Shown: in pieces, positions 15,501 to 16,446 of the stretch
How positions within the stretch are numbered: position 1 is the stretch's first letter
How the letters are laid out: the number at the start of each line of letters is the position of its first letter
Assembly (NCBI GenBank): GCA_964549305.1
Contig: CAZJVM010000056.1
Span: 1 to 16,446 of the forward strand
Source of the DNA: an uncultured bacterium
GTDB taxonomy: Bacteria; Schekmanbacteria; GWA2-38-11; J061
Reading direction: 5' to 3'
DNA length: 16,446 nt
Translations under genes and position numbers: made by a program
Notes under the pieces: model-generated
The model's input: the letters and a program-made list of their open reading frames with translations, nothing else
Told to the model about the DNA's origin: nothing
Database searches by the model: none

Positions 15501-16217
15501 TTATTTTGCGCTTTCCACCTTGTAATAACGGTCTGCCTCCAAAGCTTTCATTATCTTTGCCCCGAGGCAGGGTTTTACAAGTTTTGTTTTAAACTCGCTT
15601 CCCACAATGTTAAAAAGTTCAACACAACAACTACCCGTGTGATTTGTATCGGCAATAGTATAAGGGATATGTTTTCCTTCTTCTTCTATAGTATATTTGC
15701 CTTCCATGAAATTCGCGTGAATAGCATCCCAGCCCTTGAAAATATCATCAATCGAATCGTCTATCCCTACATTGTTTTTAAATGCAGTGGCAAGCCGGGT
15801 TTTTGCATCTTCGGGAAAGCCAAGCCAACCTTCAGGTCTCTGCTCTTTAAATTTAGGTGAGTCGGCAAGTTTTTTTATTTCTTCCTTAGACGGATAAGAT
15901 TCAGATGTGAAATCACTTTCCTTCACGATTACTTCAAGCAGTGCTTCATACTCAGAAGATAACCGATTGTCGGATACTACGAGGTATTTCCCGTTAAGTT
16001 TCGACGCGTAATACCACGGCGCGGCATCGTGTCTGCAGTTTAAATTCCAGACTTCAGGCGCTACTATTCCTGTTTCCGCCTTTAACGCCTCGCAGGGAAG
16101 TTTTACAGCAAGCGCGTAATTCTTTTTTTCATCATCAAGCTGTTTTTTCAGCTTTTCAACATCGGATTTATCCATCCAGTAGCAGTATTTTATGAAATGA
16201 GATTTTTCAGCAGACAT
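15501..16217 (-). CDS. Hypothetical soluble protein with conserved-looking Cys pattern (possibly distant DUF169-like)
   Basis: 238-aa ORF with strong SD AAGGAG (16232-16227). It fills the gap between the nitroreductase gene and the tRNA terminator. Cys at positions 12, 42, 61, 197, 198 and 217. Confidence 0.8.
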   Translation of the reverse strand: MSAEKSHFIKYCYWMDKSDVEKLKKQLDDEKKNYALAVKLPCEALKAETGIVAPEVWNLNCRHDAAPWYYASKLNGKYLVVSDNRLSSEYEALLEVIVKESDFTSESYPSKEEIKKLADSPKFKEQRPEGWLGFPEDAKTRLATAFKNNVGIDDSIDDIFKGWDAIHANFMEGKYTIEEEGKHIPYTIADTNHTGSCCVELFNIVGSEFKTKLVKPCLGAKIMKALEADRYYKVESAK

Positions 16218-16352
16218 TTATACAGACTCCTTGATTAGGGGAAATATCTTTTAAATTCTATAATTTAAAAAATTAAATTTCCATATTTTTTTCACCCTCT
16301 TTATAAATCAGGCATATTTGAAAATTTCAGTTTGAATGTTTCGATGTGATAT

Positions 16353-16383
16353 AAAAGAAAAAGCCAGACAAGACGTCTGGCTT
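16353..16383 (-). terminator. Rho-independent terminator downstream of tRNA-Asn
   Basis: On the - strand: AAGCCAGAC-gtctt-GTCTGGCTT (perfect 9 bp stem, 16383-16361) followed by TTTCTTTT. Confidence 0.85.
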
Positions 16384-16391
16384 AAAATTCA

Positions 16392-16446
16392 CTCCCCGGG
16401 CCGGACTCGAACCAGCGACAAGGTGGTTAACAGCCACCCGCTCTAC
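16392..16446 (-). tRNA. tRNA-Asn (anticodon GTT), 5' end cut off by the window edge, CCA not encoded
   Basis: Reverse complement reads GTAGAGC-G-GGTGG-CTGTTAA-CCACC-TTGTC-GCTGG-TTCGAGT-CCGGC-CCGGGGA-G. This gives the D-arm 3' half, anticodon stem-loop with GTT, T-arm, acceptor 3' strand and discriminator G. Confidence 0.96.

Noticed and set aside
844..15860. Numerous 60-150 aa alternative-frame and antisense ORFs in the ORF track (e.g. 1222-1665, 3127-3543, 9942-10304, 12644-13075, 15486-15860)
   Set aside because: All overlap well-supported genes, lack recognisable motifs, and read as shadow ORFs.
15482..16446. Genomic island or prophage integrated at the tRNA-Asn 3' end
   Set aside because: No integrase and no duplicated tRNA 3' end seen in the window. 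The native terminator directly follows the tRNA, and housekeeping genes (cysS, rlmB) are close by.
16392..16446. tRNA lacking encoded CCA and having A72
   Set aside because: Both are known features: CCA is added post-transcriptionally in many bacteria, and U1-A72 is standard for bacterial tRNA-Asn.
1..16446. CRISPR array, IS element or long tandem repeat
   Set aside because: Intergenic gaps are all under about 300 bp and show no regularly spaced repeats, terminal inverted repeats or transposase ORFs.

Overview
Ordinary-looking chromosomal region (roughly 40% GC by eye) of a diderm bacterium. The + strand carries a Slp-type outer-membrane lipoprotein, a large TonB-dependent receptor with a long structured leader, and a GT2 / B12-binding radical SAM / GT4 glycan-modification cassette. 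Converging on it from the - strand are cysS, rlmB, two tandem HD-GYP genes and a PilH/PilI-like ABC ATPase/permease pair. Next come a membrane-anchored BCP peroxiredoxin coupled to a SagB/ThcOx-type flavoprotein (+), a Cys-patterned hypothetical protein (-), and the 3' part of a tRNA-Asn(GTT) with its terminator (-). I saw no CRISPR array, integrase, transposase or att duplication. The best leads are: (1) an HD-GYP pair in which one copy keeps the N-terminal DUF3391-like domain but has altered catalytic motifs, while the other keeps the motifs but lacks the domain; (2) a cobalamin-dependent radical SAM enzyme embedded between glycosyltransferases; (3) a 238-aa protein with a duplicated CxxL-x15-C motif; (4) a possible attenuator in the TonB receptor leader. 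All family calls come from motif recognition by eye, not database searches.
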